64,000 nucleotides of DNA from Acidimicrobiia bacterium (GCA_009841075.1 VXMP01000048.1:7090-71089); one strand, 5' to 3'. Positions 1 through 9,169 are shown, numbered from the stretch's first letter. Notes: generated by a model not told the origin, from the letters alone. Made by a program: numbers and translations.

Positions 1-2
1 TT

Positions 3-704
3 ATCAACATCTCGGGCGGAACCGAGGTGGGTGCCTGCCTGCTCACAGCCCACGTTCTGCAAGGGCTTAAACCGACTTCGCTGGGAGGCCCGGCCTTGGG
101 CATGGCGGTGGAGGTCTTCGACCCGCAGGGCCGCCCCCTACGAGGCGAGGTGGGGGAGCTGGTCTGCACCCGGGCCTGGCCGGGAATGACCCGAGGTTTC
201 TGGGGGGGAGACGACCGCTACCTGGAAACTTACTGGAACCGTTGGCCCGATACCTGGGTGCATGGCGACTGGGCATCAACCGACGAAGACGGGTTCTGGT
301 ATCTCCACGGGCGCTCCGACGACACCCTGAACGTGGCGGGCAAACGGGTGGGCCCGGCCGAGATCGAATCGGCGGTGGTAGCCCATCCGCAGGTGGTAAT
401 GGCTGCCGCCATCGGGGTTCCGCATCCGGTTAAGGGTGAGGCCATCGTGGTGTACGCCGTGACTACCGCGGAGGCCGATACCGACCCTGACCTGGCCGCA
501 GCCCTTGCCGATCTGGTGGTAGAACATCTGGGGAAGGCCTTCCGTCCCCTGGCGATAGAGCTGGTGGACGACCTACCCAGAACCCGGTCTGCCAAGATCA
601 TGCGGCGGGTGGTGCGAGCCCGGGCACTAGGCGAAGACCCCGGCGATCTGGCCGGCCTGGAAAACCCGGCGGCAGTGGAAGCCATCGACCAACTCCACCT
701 CTAA
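3..704 (+). CDS. AMP-forming acetyl-/acyl-CoA synthetase, C-terminal part (5'-truncated by window edge)
   Basis: Frame open from window start (INISGGTEV). Adenylate-forming motifs HGDWA, GRSDDTLNVAGKRVGPAEIE, PRTRSAKIMRR. Confidence 0.85.
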   Translation: MNISGGTEVGACLLTAHVLQGLKPTSLGGPALGMAVEVFDPQGRPLRGEVGELVCTRAWPGMTRGFWGGDDRYLETYWNRWPDTWVHGDWASTDEDGFWYLHGRSDDTLNVAGKRVGPAEIESAVVAHPQVVMAAAIGVPHPVKGEAIVVYAVTTAEADTDPDLAAALADLVVEHLGKAFRPLAIELVDDLPRTRSAKIMRRVVRARALGEDPGDLAGLENPAAVEAIDQLHL

Positions 705-706
705 GC

Positions 707-1250
707 ACTCCAACCGAGAGACGCAGCGGCCTTTTATTTAGGTAAACCTAAGGTGCTTAGGGATTTTTTCGCGTTCCCGAAATTAGGGGTTGAATTTGTC
801 TGAAAGTCATGATACGTAGTGGGTTGCCAAGCACCGAAGGCCGGGCAAGAGGTAGGTATCCCGATCGGATCCCCGGCAACTCAGGGAACATAAAACGTAT
901 GGAGCGAAAGCCAAACAGTAGTCTCCCGGCTTCAGTCCGGGCATGGCTGACCACGCTCCTTTTTCGGTGGCGGAGGCGGGGGCTGGGACCCGGCGTAGCC
1001 GGGCGAGGTGGGCCGTTTTTCGCGTTCTCCTGAGTGTTTTCCCTGTTTATGGGGGTTTCTGTGAATCTAAGTTTCAGAGCTTTATAAGGTGTCGTTTTGA
1101 TCTACGAACTCAGCGGAAGCCCAAGGCTCTGGTCGAGAAATGGCCCCCCGGTTGTCGTCTGAACCCTCTTGAAATGGTTTTCGGAGTGCTCCAACCAAAC
1201 CCAAGCGCACTTAATTTTAGGTTTCGTCGCCTGTTCCAAGATTCGTCCCA
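707..1250 (+). repeat. Dispersed structured non-coding element, copy 1 (module order A-B-C)
   Basis: Core ~764-1029 is nearly identical to ~15523-15789. Segment ~1106-1196 aligns to ~15376-15473. CTCCAACC occurs at both 708 and 1189. Confidence 0.85.
821..1003 (+). ncRNA. Candidate structured RNA (or ssDNA structure) inside the repeat element
   Basis: Stems GGGTTGCC(821-828)/GGCAACTC(875-882); nested GGAGCG/CGCTCC, AGCCA/TGGCT, CCCGG/CCGGG followed by a T-run; CCCGGC-GTA-GCCGGG hairpin (989-1003). All stems are kept in copy 2 while loops vary. Promoter-like TTGAAT-17-TACGTA lies upstream. Confidence 0.4.
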
Positions 1251-1325
1251 AAACTGCCTAAAGAGTGGAGAGTGGCCGCAGGCAGAATGCAAGAACCGCG
1301 CCTCTTCCAGGGCGGCGAGGCCCGG

Positions 1326-1679
1326 TTATCCCCCGCCCGATTGGTCCATTATGTAGCGGGATACCCTCAGAATCTGCTCTTCGGAAAGGGTGTTGCGGAA
1401 GGATGGCATCCTCCCGATTCCCGAGGAGATCGACTGGACGAAATAGCGCTCCGGCTTGCCCACGGAAGTGGCCTCCTCCCCTACCAGCGCTACTCCTGTT
1501 CCACCTCGCAGGTCGGAACCGTGGCAACGGGCGCAGAGCTGCACGTATATGACCTCGCCGGTGGCATCCTCCGGTAGGTCCGTGCCTCCGCAGGACGTCA
1601 CCGCCAGGACCAAGGTGAGGCAGGCTGCCATCCAGAGAGCCGCCTGCCCGACTTGCTTCGCCGGTTTTGCCCGACCCAC
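1326..1679 (-). CDS. Small c-type cytochrome lipoprotein
   Basis: Hydrophobic signal with lipobox-like VTSC, CARCH heme motif, distal Met (GRMP). Confidence 0.8.
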   Translation of the reverse strand: MGRAKPAKQVGQAALWMAACLTLVLAVTSCGGTDLPEDATGEVIYVQLCARCHGSDLRGGTGVALVGEEATSVGKPERYFVQSISSGIGRMPSFRNTLSEEQILRVSRYIMDQSGGG

Positions 1680-1684
1680 CGGCC

Positions 1685-2047
1685 CTATTCCCCCCGGATC
1701 GAATTGAGATAGTTGTAGATGGTGATCCGGCTGACCTCCATCAGGTCGGCCACCTCGTTGATCGATTTACGGAGCCGGAACGCCCCTCGTTCGTCCAGTA
1801 GGCGCACCGCGACCTGCTTCTCCACCCGGCCTAGCTCGGCCAGTTTGCCGCCCAACTCGGCTTCCACCTGCGTTACCAAACGGTCCAGGGCGTCGTGAAG
1901 GGTCAGAACCCGTACCGCACCTACCACCTTCCCCTCCCACTCCAACGGGATGCAGCCGTTTTCAGACCCGACCGGATCGACAATCTCGGCCCCGACCGCC
2001 TCAACCAGAGGGCGCACCGCCTTGATGAGAGGATGGTCTACGGTCAT
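1685..2047 (-). CDS. HTH-domain transcriptional regulator (YheO-like HTH_22 C-terminus)
   Basis: Start ATG 2047 overlaps the upstream stop (ATGA). C-terminus LLDERGAFRLRKSINEVADLMEVSRITIYNYL. Confidence 0.8.
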   Translation of the reverse strand: MTVDHPLIKAVRPLVEAVGAEIVDPVGSENGCIPLEWEGKVVGAVRVLTLHDALDRLVTQVEAELGGKLAELGRVEKQVAVRLLDERGAFRLRKSINEVADLMEVSRITIYNYLNSIRGE

Positions 2048-2274
2048 GGCGTCACCGTCATGTTCACCACCACTCGGGTGGCACCTGCCGCCATAGCCGC
2101 CTGTATTCCCTGGTTGGTTAGGCTTATGACTTCTTCCAGACCGCCTTCGATCGAGGTTCCGAACGGGCCGATATCCGGCTTGAGCGGAGCGAAGGCTTTG
2201 ATGATCTCCTGAACATGAGGGCCTTGCCTGCCTTCGATGAACGGCTCGACGGTTACCTCGGCATGAGCCCGCAC
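2044..2274 (-). CDS. Thiamine-binding/YkoF-like small protein
   Basis: AEVTVEPF...IGPFGTSIEG...GATRV pattern. AAAGGAGGA RBS upstream of GTG 2274. Confidence 0.7.
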   Translation of the reverse strand: MRAHAEVTVEPFIEGRQGPHVQEIIKAFAPLKPDIGPFGTSIEGGLEEVISLTNQGIQAAMAAGATRVVVNMTVTP

Positions 2275-2358
2275 TACCAATCCTCCTTTGAATTTCCGTT
2301 TCCCTCAGAAAAGTTAACCGAGCGAATGCCCCGAAGATACCAACCTGATGGCTATTAT

Positions 2359-2392
2359 TTTGACAAAATGTAAAAATTTGACAAAATGTAAA
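2359..2392. promoter_or_regulatory. Tandem operator: two copies of TTTGACAAAATGTAAA
   Basis: Exact 16-bp direct repeat (2359-2374, 2377-2392). Each copy is an imperfect palindrome TTkACA-N3-TGTmAA, in the divergent gap between the regulator operon and xdh. Confidence 0.75.
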
Positions 2393-2423
2393 GCACCCAG
2401 ACCAGGTTACGAGGGGCGGCCCA

Positions 2424-5009
2424 ATGACTTTGACAGCAGAGCGGACCATTGATTTCGTACTGAACGGACGGCCGGTTTCGGTCCGTCCCGACCACCCCCA
2501 TCTTCTGTCGGCCCTTCGTGAAGAACTGGACGTCACCTCGGTCAAAGACGGGTGCTCCCCCTCCGGCCAATGCGGCTGCTGCACGGTGTTGGTGAACGGT
2601 CGGGCGATGGTGGCCTGCGTTCTGGCCCTCGACAAGATCGAAGGTAAGGAGATTGCCACCCTGGAAGGGTTCGATCCGACCGAACGGGAGCGCCTGGCCT
2701 CGGCATTCGCGGTAACCGGTGCTCTGCAGTGCGGATTCTGCACCCCCGGGATTCTGGTTCGGGCCAAAGCCTTGCTGGATCAGAAGGGTTCCGGCCTGAC
2801 CCGAAAGGTGACCGCCGGACGGCTGGGTGCCCACCTGTGTCGCTGTACCGGCTACACCAAGATCTTCGACGCGGTGGACATGCTGGCCCAGGGCGAGATC
2901 CCTCCGGTGGAAACCTCGGGCGGAATCGGGAAAAACGGAATCAAGTACGAGGGCCTGGAGTTGGCTCTCGGCGACCGCCCCTATATAGACGACATTCGTA
3001 TTGACGGAATGCTCCACGCCGCCCTCCGGCTCACCGACCACGCTCGGGCGGACGTGGTGAAGATTGATACCGACCGAGCCCTGGCCATGCCGGGGGTGGA
3101 GGCGGTCTTCACCGCTGCCGACGTCCCGGGCGAGCTCAAGGTGGGTCTGATCCATAAGGACTGGCCGGTGCTGATCCCGGAGGGCGGGCGCACCTCCTAC
3201 TACGGAGATGTCCTGGCGGTGGTAGTGGCGAAAGACCGGTTGACCGCCCGTGAGGCCGCCGAAGCGGTAGAGGTGGAATACCAGGTGCTTAAGCCCTTCA
3301 CCGACCCGGCCGTGGCGGTGGCTTCGGACGAGGATGCGGTTTGGGGCTTGGACGGCAACGTCCTGTCGGTTTCCGAATACGCCCGGGGGGATTTCGAGGC
3401 CGCCTATCGGTCCTCGGCCCATCGTATCCACGAAACCTTTATTACCCAGCGGGTGGAACACGCCTTCCTGGAGCCGGAGTCGACGGTGGTGGTACCGGCC
3501 GGTCAGGGCAGGCTTATGGTCTACTCGGGTGGCCAGGGGGTGTGGGATGATCGCGACCAGATCGCCTCTGTGCTGGGGGTAGATCCCGACTCGATCACCG
3601 TCGAGTTGGTCTCCAACGGCGGTGCCTTCGGCGGCAAGGAGGACATGGCCAACCAGGCCCAGACCGCCTTGGCCGCCCATCTGCTGGGCCGACCGGTCAA
3701 GTGCACCCTCTCTCGGGAGGAGTCCTTCCGCATCCATTCCAAGCGGCACCCGATCCGGATCGAAATATGGGCGGGTTGTGACGACCAGGGGCAGATGACC
3801 GCCTTCAAGGCGCGCATGCTGGGCGACTCCGGCCCTTACGCCTCGGTGGGGATGAAGGTGCTGGAGCGGGCGGCCGGGCACGCCAGCGGTCCCTACGTGG
3901 TACCCAACATCGATGTCCGGGCGGTAGCGGCCCGAACCAACAATCCGGTCTGCGGTGCCTTCCGAGGTTTCGGTGCCAACCAGGCCCAGTTCGCCATGGA
4001 GGGGGTGATGGACCGTCTGGCCCGATCGGTGGGGATATCCGGCTGGGAGATGCGGATGAGAAACGTCATCCGGCCGGGTTCGGTTTGGGGGCCGGGACAG
4101 GTGATGGACGACGGTTGCCTGGGTGCACTGGAGTCTTTGAAGGCGGTCAAGCCCCACTATGACGCCGCCCGGGCAGACGGCAAGGCGGTCGGTTTGGGGT
4201 TAGGGCTCAAGAACAGCGGTCTGGGTAACGGATTCAAGGAGGTGGCCAGGGCGGTAGTCCGTTTCACCCGTGCCGGTACGGTCGAGGTTCGGCACTGCTG
4301 GACCGAAATGGGCCAGGGCATCCACACGGTGGCCCAACAGGTGGCAGCAGAGGAACTCAACCTGGATCCCAACCTGATCAGCGTGATGGTGGACACCAGT
4401 CGGGAGTTGGGTGCCGGTCAGACCACCGGCTCCCGTGGAACTTTGATGGGGGCCGGGGCGGTACGGTCGGCCTGTCAGGCCGCCGATGCGGGGGGACGTC
4501 TGCCGGAGGTGGACTACCACGGCGAATATCGGGTGGACTGGACCAATTCGCTCAAAGAAGGAGTCGAGAATCCGGTGATCCATTCGGCGTTCGGGTATGC
4601 GTCCCAGATGGTCATCATGGATCGGGACACCGGTCAGATCGAAAAGGTGGTGGCCGCCCATGATGTGGGACGGGCCATCAACCCGGTACTGTGCGAGGGC
4701 CAGATCGAAGGTTCGGTCCATATGGGTCTCGGTTACGCCCTGACCGAGGAGTTTCCCGCCGATGATGAGGGACGTCCCACCAACATGACCCTCCGCAGCC
4801 TGGGCATCATCCGGCCCAAGGACATGCCGGATGTGGAGGTCATCCTGGTGGAGGTGCCCCAGCCCAAAGCGCCCTACGGCATTAAAGGGGTCGGGGAGAT
4901 CGGGCTGGTTCCCACCGCCGGTGCGGTGGCGGCAGCTCTTTATGACCGGGACGGGGAGTGGCGTAACCATCTCCCGATGAACCTCCATCATCCCAACTCG
5001 AAGACGTGA
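2424..5009 (+). CDS. xdh: Xanthine dehydrogenase-family molybdoenzyme, fused 2Fe-2S + Mo-binding subunit (selenium-dependent XDH type)
   Basis: GCSPSGQCGCC and QCGFC/CRCTGY Fe-S motifs; GGAFGGK, AFRGFG, EMGQG, KGVGE Moco motifs. Confidence 0.85.
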   Translation: MTLTAERTIDFVLNGRPVSVRPDHPHLLSALREELDVTSVKDGCSPSGQCGCCTVLVNGRAMVACVLALDKIEGKEIATLEGFDPTERERLASAFAVTGALQCGFCTPGILVRAKALLDQKGSGLTRKVTAGRLGAHLCRCTGYTKIFDAVDMLAQGEIPPVETSGGIGKNGIKYEGLELALGDRPYIDDIRIDGMLHAALRLTDHARADVVKIDTDRALAMPGVEAVFTAADVPGELKVGLIHKDWPVLIPEGGRTSYYGDVLAVVVAKDRLTAREAAEAVEVEYQVLKPFTDPAVAVASDEDAVWGLDGNVLSVSEYARGDFEAAYRSSAHRIHETFITQRVEHAFLEPESTVVVPAGQGRLMVYSGGQGVWDDRDQIASVLGVDPDSITVELVSNGGAFGGKEDMANQAQTALAAHLLGRPVKCTLSREESFRIHSKRHPIRIEIWAGCDDQGQMTAFKARMLGDSGPYASVGMKVLERAAGHASGPYVVPNIDVRAVAARTNNPVCGAFRGFGANQAQFAMEGVMDRLARSVGISGWEMRMRNVIRPGSVWGPGQVMDDGCLGALESLKAVKPHYDAARADGKAVGLGLGLKNSGLGNGFKEVARAVVRFTRAGTVEVRHCWTEMGQGIHTVAQQVAAEELNLDPNLISVMVDTSRELGAGQTTGSRGTLMGAGAVRSACQAADAGGRLPEVDYHGEYRVDWTNSLKEGVENPVIHSAFGYASQMVIMDRDTGQIEKVVAAHDVGRAINPVLCEGQIEGSVHMGLGYALTEEFPADDEGRPTNMTLRSLGIIRPKDMPDVEVILVEVPQPKAPYGIKGVGEIGLVPTAGAVAAALYDRDGEWRNHLPMNLHHPNSKT

Positions 5010-6025
5010 ACGTCACGCCTGGGATGGTGTGCAGCCACCACCATCTCTACTCCGCCCTGGCGAGGGGGATGCCTCCACCTCCTAAAACCCCTGGCAGTTT
5101 CCAAGAAATCCTGGAGCAGATCTGGTGGAGGCTGGATGCCTCATTGGATGCGGAGATGATCCGCTGGTCGGCCATGCTGGGCGCGCTGGAGGCCCTGGAG
5201 TCGGGTACTACCGGGATTGTGGATCATCACGAGTCACCCAACGCCATCGAGGGCAGCCTGTCGGTGATCGAGGAAGCCTGTCGGGAAGTGGGGGTGCGGG
5301 TGCTGGCCTGTTACGGGGTGACCGACCGGCACGGGGCGGACGGTGCCCGAAGAGGTCTGGAGGAGAACCGCCGTTTTATAAGCGAAGGCGGGAACGGGCT
5401 GGTGGGGATCCACGCCGCCTTCACCTGTAATCCGGAAACGTTGGAGGCGGCGGCGGGTTTGGCAGGTGAGCTGGGGGTGGGTGCCCATATACACGTGGCC
5501 GAAGGCCCGGCGGATCGGGACAGTGCCCGTCATCTGAAGGGGCTGACCGACGAGCGCTGGCTGCTGGCCCACTGCGTGCAGTTGGCCGATGACCACGGTT
5601 TGGCGGGAACCATCCTGCACCAACCCCGCTCCAACCTGAACAACTCGGTGGGCTACGCCAACCCTGTCCGGTTCGCCAATCCGGTGGCTTTAGGAACCGA
5701 CGGTATCGGTGCCAACATGATCGAGGCGTTCCGGTTGGCTTACGTCATGCAGCGCTCGGTGGACGTGACCGCTACCCCCGAAACGGCCTGGGGATGGCTG
5801 GAGAACGGCTGGAATCTGATTCCCGAATGCCGAAACGATCGGGTCACCTGGAGCTACGACCCGATGGACCCCTGGCATCTGGCCTTTACGCCCGGGGTTC
5901 GGCCTTTGAGAATCGAGGTGGATGGAGAAGTAATATTCGAAAACGGTTCCCCCACCAGGGTTGACGCGACCGAGGTGCGCGCCAAGGCCCGGGAACAAGC
6001 CGCCCGACTGCACGCCCGGCTGTGA
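5006..6025 (+). CDS. ssnA: SsnA-like metal-dependent amidohydrolase
   Basis: HHHLYSALARG, DHHESP, HIHVAEG, LGTDG. Translationally coupled to xdh. Confidence 0.8.
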   Translation: MNVTPGMVCSHHHLYSALARGMPPPPKTPGSFQEILEQIWWRLDASLDAEMIRWSAMLGALEALESGTTGIVDHHESPNAIEGSLSVIEEACREVGVRVLACYGVTDRHGADGARRGLEENRRFISEGGNGLVGIHAAFTCNPETLEAAAGLAGELGVGAHIHVAEGPADRDSARHLKGLTDERWLLAHCVQLADDHGLAGTILHQPRSNLNNSVGYANPVRFANPVALGTDGIGANMIEAFRLAYVMQRSVDVTATPETAWGWLENGWNLIPECRNDRVTWSYDPMDPWHLAFTPGVRPLRIEVDGEVIFENGSPTRVDATEVRAKAREQAARLHARL

Positions 6026-6041
6026 AGGGAGGTTGACCAAG

Positions 6042-7853
6042 GTGACCGACCATCATGAGCCTCTGACCCCCTTCAGCCTGGCCGATCTGCTGGCCAGGAT
6101 CAGCCACGAATGGGACAGCCGCCATCGCATATACGACCTGCCGGTGGCCCGGTTCTTCAACGTTTCGAAAGGGCCGGACATCTCGATGGACTTCTTGGGT
6201 CGACCCGCCGCCACTCCGGTGGGTCCGGCCGCCGGACCGCACAGCCAGATGACGCAGAACATCGTCCTTTCCTGGCTGGCCGGATCCCGTCTGATCGAGT
6301 TGAAAACCGTCCAGATCCTCGACGAGCTGGAGATCGGTCGGCCCTGCATCGATATGGAAACCATCGGCTACAACATCGAATGGAGTCAGGAACTCAAAAT
6401 CCCCCAATCGCTGGAGGAATACGTCAAGGCTTCGATGATCATCGAAATCCTGCGGCGCTGGGAGGAGATCACCCCTCTGATCGGAACCGACAGCGGACCC
6501 CATATCTTCGACCTTTCGGTGGGTTACGACCTGGCCGGAATCTCCACCGACCAGGTGGCCTGGTTCATCGACTCGATGATGGACGCCCGCGAGGAGATCG
6601 ACCGTCTTCGTCCCCAGATCGGGGGCCGGTTCGCCGAATATCGGGACTTCGATTTTCCCCATCGGATCGCCGACACGGTGACCCTCTCCACCTTTCACGG
6701 GTGTCCGCCCGACGAGATCGAGTCGATAACCAAGCACCTGATCACCCGTCATGGGCTGGATGTGATCGTCAAGCTCAACCCCACCCTGTTGGGTTTTGAA
6801 CGGGTCAAGGAGATCGTCACCGAAACCCTCGGCTTCGATACCACCGTGCTCCGTAGGGAGGACTTCGACAATGATCTCCAGTTCCCTCGGGGTTTGGAGC
6901 TGATCAACGAGCTCAACGACTTCGCCGCCCGCAACGGACGCCGGTTCGGAATCAAGCTCACCAACACGCTGGTGGTGGAGAACACCAAGGGCTTCATGCC
7001 CGACCAGACCATGTATCTGTCGGGACCGCCCCTGCATGTGGTTTCTACTACTTTGCTCGGGGAGCTTCATAAGGCCCTACCCGGGATGCTGAGGATCGAC
7101 GGTCAGGACGGCCCTATCCAGGTTTCGTTCTCTGCCGGTATCACCAAGGACAATCTGGCCGAGGCGGCCGGGTTGGGGCTGGCACCCATGACCATCTGTT
7201 CCGATCTGCTCAAGCCGGGCGGCTACGGCCGTCTCGCCCCGATGCTGAAGGGACTCTGGAAGGCCATGGAAGGGGTTGGTGCCGGGTCGTTATCGGAATG
7301 GCAGCGGCATAAAGGGGAGCTGTCCGGTGAAGCCGGAGCGGTAGAGGCCTATATTGCCACGCTGCACAACCCGGCCACCAACCGGCGTTATACCCTGGCG
7401 GGTAACTCCAAACTACCTCGCTCCGTGGATCACGAGCTCCAGATGTGGGGATGCGTGGCGTGCAATTTCTGCGTGACGGTATGCCCGAACGACGCCTTCT
7501 TCCGGATACCCACCCCCGACGAGCTGGACGCCACCGGCTTGCAGCAGTATCTGGTGTTGACCGAGCTGTGTAACGAATGCGGCAACTGCATGGTGTTCTG
7601 CCCCGAAATCGGCGACCCGGCGGTGGTTAAACCCCGACTGTTCATTGACGAAGACCGCTTCGCCGCCGAAACCGAGCAGGCCTTTCTTATCCATCAGGAC
7701 CCGGACGGATACTGGGTGCAGCCCAACGCCGCCGCCGCCGAGCACACAGCCGACCTGCTGCTGCTACTCAACGGTGAGGAAGGGTTCGTGCTCCCGCCCT
7801 CTTCCAAACAGTGGGGCGAGCAACGGGATCGGGCCGACCTCTACCAGGAGTAG
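6042..7853 (+). CDS. ygfK: YgfK-like protein: dihydroorotate-dehydrogenase-like domain + 2x[4Fe-4S], shortened
   Basis: GPAAGPHSQMTQNI, ELKTVQ, YNIEWSQEL, TLSTFHGCP, KLNPTLLG, KLTNTL, CVACNFCVTVCP, CNECGNC. GGGAGG RBS before GTG 6042. Confidence 0.8.
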   Translation: MTDHHEPLTPFSLADLLARISHEWDSRHRIYDLPVARFFNVSKGPDISMDFLGRPAATPVGPAAGPHSQMTQNIVLSWLAGSRLIELKTVQILDELEIGRPCIDMETIGYNIEWSQELKIPQSLEEYVKASMIIEILRRWEEITPLIGTDSGPHIFDLSVGYDLAGISTDQVAWFIDSMMDAREEIDRLRPQIGGRFAEYRDFDFPHRIADTVTLSTFHGCPPDEIESITKHLITRHGLDVIVKLNPTLLGFERVKEIVTETLGFDTTVLRREDFDNDLQFPRGLELINELNDFAARNGRRFGIKLTNTLVVENTKGFMPDQTMYLSGPPLHVVSTTLLGELHKALPGMLRIDGQDGPIQVSFSAGITKDNLAEAAGLGLAPMTICSDLLKPGGYGRLAPMLKGLWKAMEGVGAGSLSEWQRHKGELSGEAGAVEAYIATLHNPATNRRYTLAGNSKLPRSVDHELQMWGCVACNFCVTVCPNDAFFRIPTPDELDATGLQQYLVLTELCNECGNCMVFCPEIGDPAVVKPRLFIDEDRFAAETEQAFLIHQDPDGYWVQPNAAAAEHTADLLLLLNGEEGFVLPPSSKQWGEQRDRADLYQE

Positions 7854-7864
7854 GGAGGGTGCCG

Positions 7865-8329
7865 ATGCGCTTGACCTTGGCGGACGTCAGGCGGTTTGTT
7901 GATGCCGACTCGGGTTTGGCGGTGGTTTCGTTTGCCCGACCCGACGGCACGGTGCACTCTTCGCTGGTCAACGCCGGGGTGATGCCCCATCCGGTAACCG
8001 GTGTGGGATCGGTGGCATTGGTGATCCGAGACAACACGGTGAAGCTACGCCATTGGCGGGCTCGACCCGGTGCGGGTGCAACTCTGGTGTTCAAATCGGG
8101 ATGGTCGTGGATAGGTGTGGAAGGCCCCACCAGCGTGATCGGCCCGGAAGATCCCTATGAGGGTTTTGATCCCGGCCAGGTTCCCCGACTGCTGAGGGAG
8201 GTGTTCGTATCCGCCGGAGGCACCCACGATGATTGGGATGAATATGACCGGGTTATGGCCGAAGAAGGCCGCACCGCCGTTTTCGTAGAACCTCGCCGAA
8301 TCACCGGATCCGGTACAGGAGTGTCGTAA
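7865..8329 (+). CDS. PPOX-class (pyridoxamine 5'-phosphate oxidase-like) probable F420-dependent enzyme
   Basis: RPDGTVHSSLVNAG...LLREVFVSAGGTHDDWDEYDRVMAEEGR typical of the actinobacterial family. RBS before ATG 7865. Confidence 0.75.
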   Translation: MRLTLADVRRFVDADSGLAVVSFARPDGTVHSSLVNAGVMPHPVTGVGSVALVIRDNTVKLRHWRARPGAGATLVFKSGWSWIGVEGPTSVIGPEDPYEGFDPGQVPRLLREVFVSAGGTHDDWDEYDRVMAEEGRTAVFVEPRRITGSGTGVS

Positions 8330-8454
8330 ACAACGTCCTCCGCACCCCGACCCTTCTCAGACCCTGCCACCGGGCAAATCAGGGAGGAGGTTGCAGTTGT
8401 CGTATCAGTACGGTGGGGCTGGGCTTGGGTTGTCCCGCCTTAGGAAAAGCTGCT

Positions 8455-9087
8455 CTAAAGCCCTGGTGAAGTAGGTGGATCAAGGATCAGATCTCCGGTG
8501 CCGGTCTGATGGCAAAGGCGGCGTAACCGACCGTCATGGAGACCGTAGATCAAACCGTGAAGGGTTGGTCCCCCACCCGCCTGCCAAGCGGCTTGAAGGA
8601 TGTCGGTGTCGGCCAGGTTGCGCACCTGCTCCACCACGTTCACCTCGCACAGCCGCCTGATCCTGGCTTCTTCCTCCAGGTCGGCCAACTCGTCTTGGTA
8701 GCGGCGGCTTACCCGACGTATATGGTCAAGCCATAGCTGGATGGTGTCCTGACCAGGAGGATCGAAAGAAGCGATCACCCCGCCACAGCCGTAGTGTCCG
8801 CACACCACAATATGGGTGACCTCCAGCACCTCCACGGCATACTGCACCACCGACATACAGTTCGGATCGGATGTAACCACCTGGTTGGCGATGTTGCGAT
8901 GGACAAACACCTCCCCCAGGGACAGATCCATCATCTGGTTGGGCGAAACCCGGCTGTCCGAGCACCCGATCCAAAGCATTTCGGGTTGCTGCCCTTCCGC
9001 CAAGGCCTGAAATCCACCCGGATCCTTTTCAACCTGACCCGCCGCCCAGGCCCGGTTCCGGTCTAGAAAATGTTCGATATCAGCCAA
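8455..9087 (-). CDS. can: Beta-class carbonic anhydrase
   Basis: WIGCSDSRV, FVHRNIAN, CGHYGCGG zinc ligands. Confidence 0.92.
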   Translation of the reverse strand: MADIEHFLDRNRAWAAGQVEKDPGGFQALAEGQQPEMLWIGCSDSRVSPNQMMDLSLGEVFVHRNIANQVVTSDPNCMSVVQYAVEVLEVTHIVVCGHYGCGGVIASFDPPGQDTIQLWLDHIRRVSRRYQDELADLEEEARIRRLCEVNVVEQVRNLADTDILQAAWQAGGGPTLHGLIYGLHDGRLRRLCHQTGTGDLILDPPTSPGL

Positions 9088-9169
9088 GCCCCTCCCCGGT
9101 CATCGGCAAGATGGTACCTGCGTTTCCTCCCCTCCCGACACTTCCTCCACCCCTTGATCCACTCCCTCC

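Noticed and set aside
797-818. PafBC/RecA-NDp-type promoter (TGTC-N12-TA)
   Set aside because: Partial match only: TGTCTG rather than TGTCGG, and the final T is missing.
757-954. Minus-strand ORF MVSHARTEAG... duplicated at 15493-15714
   Set aside because: The two copies are frameshifted relative to each other (AAAA vs AAA), so it is unlikely to be coding.
707-1196. Hammerhead ribozyme (retrozyme-like) or a known riboswitch in the element
   Set aside because: No CUGANGA/GAAA core is shared by both copies and no riboswitch consensus was recognised by eye. An Infernal search is still needed.
2424-7853. Selenocysteine UGA read-through in xdh/ssnA/ygfK
   Set aside because: No internal in-frame TGA; the terminal TGAs coincide with natural protein ends.
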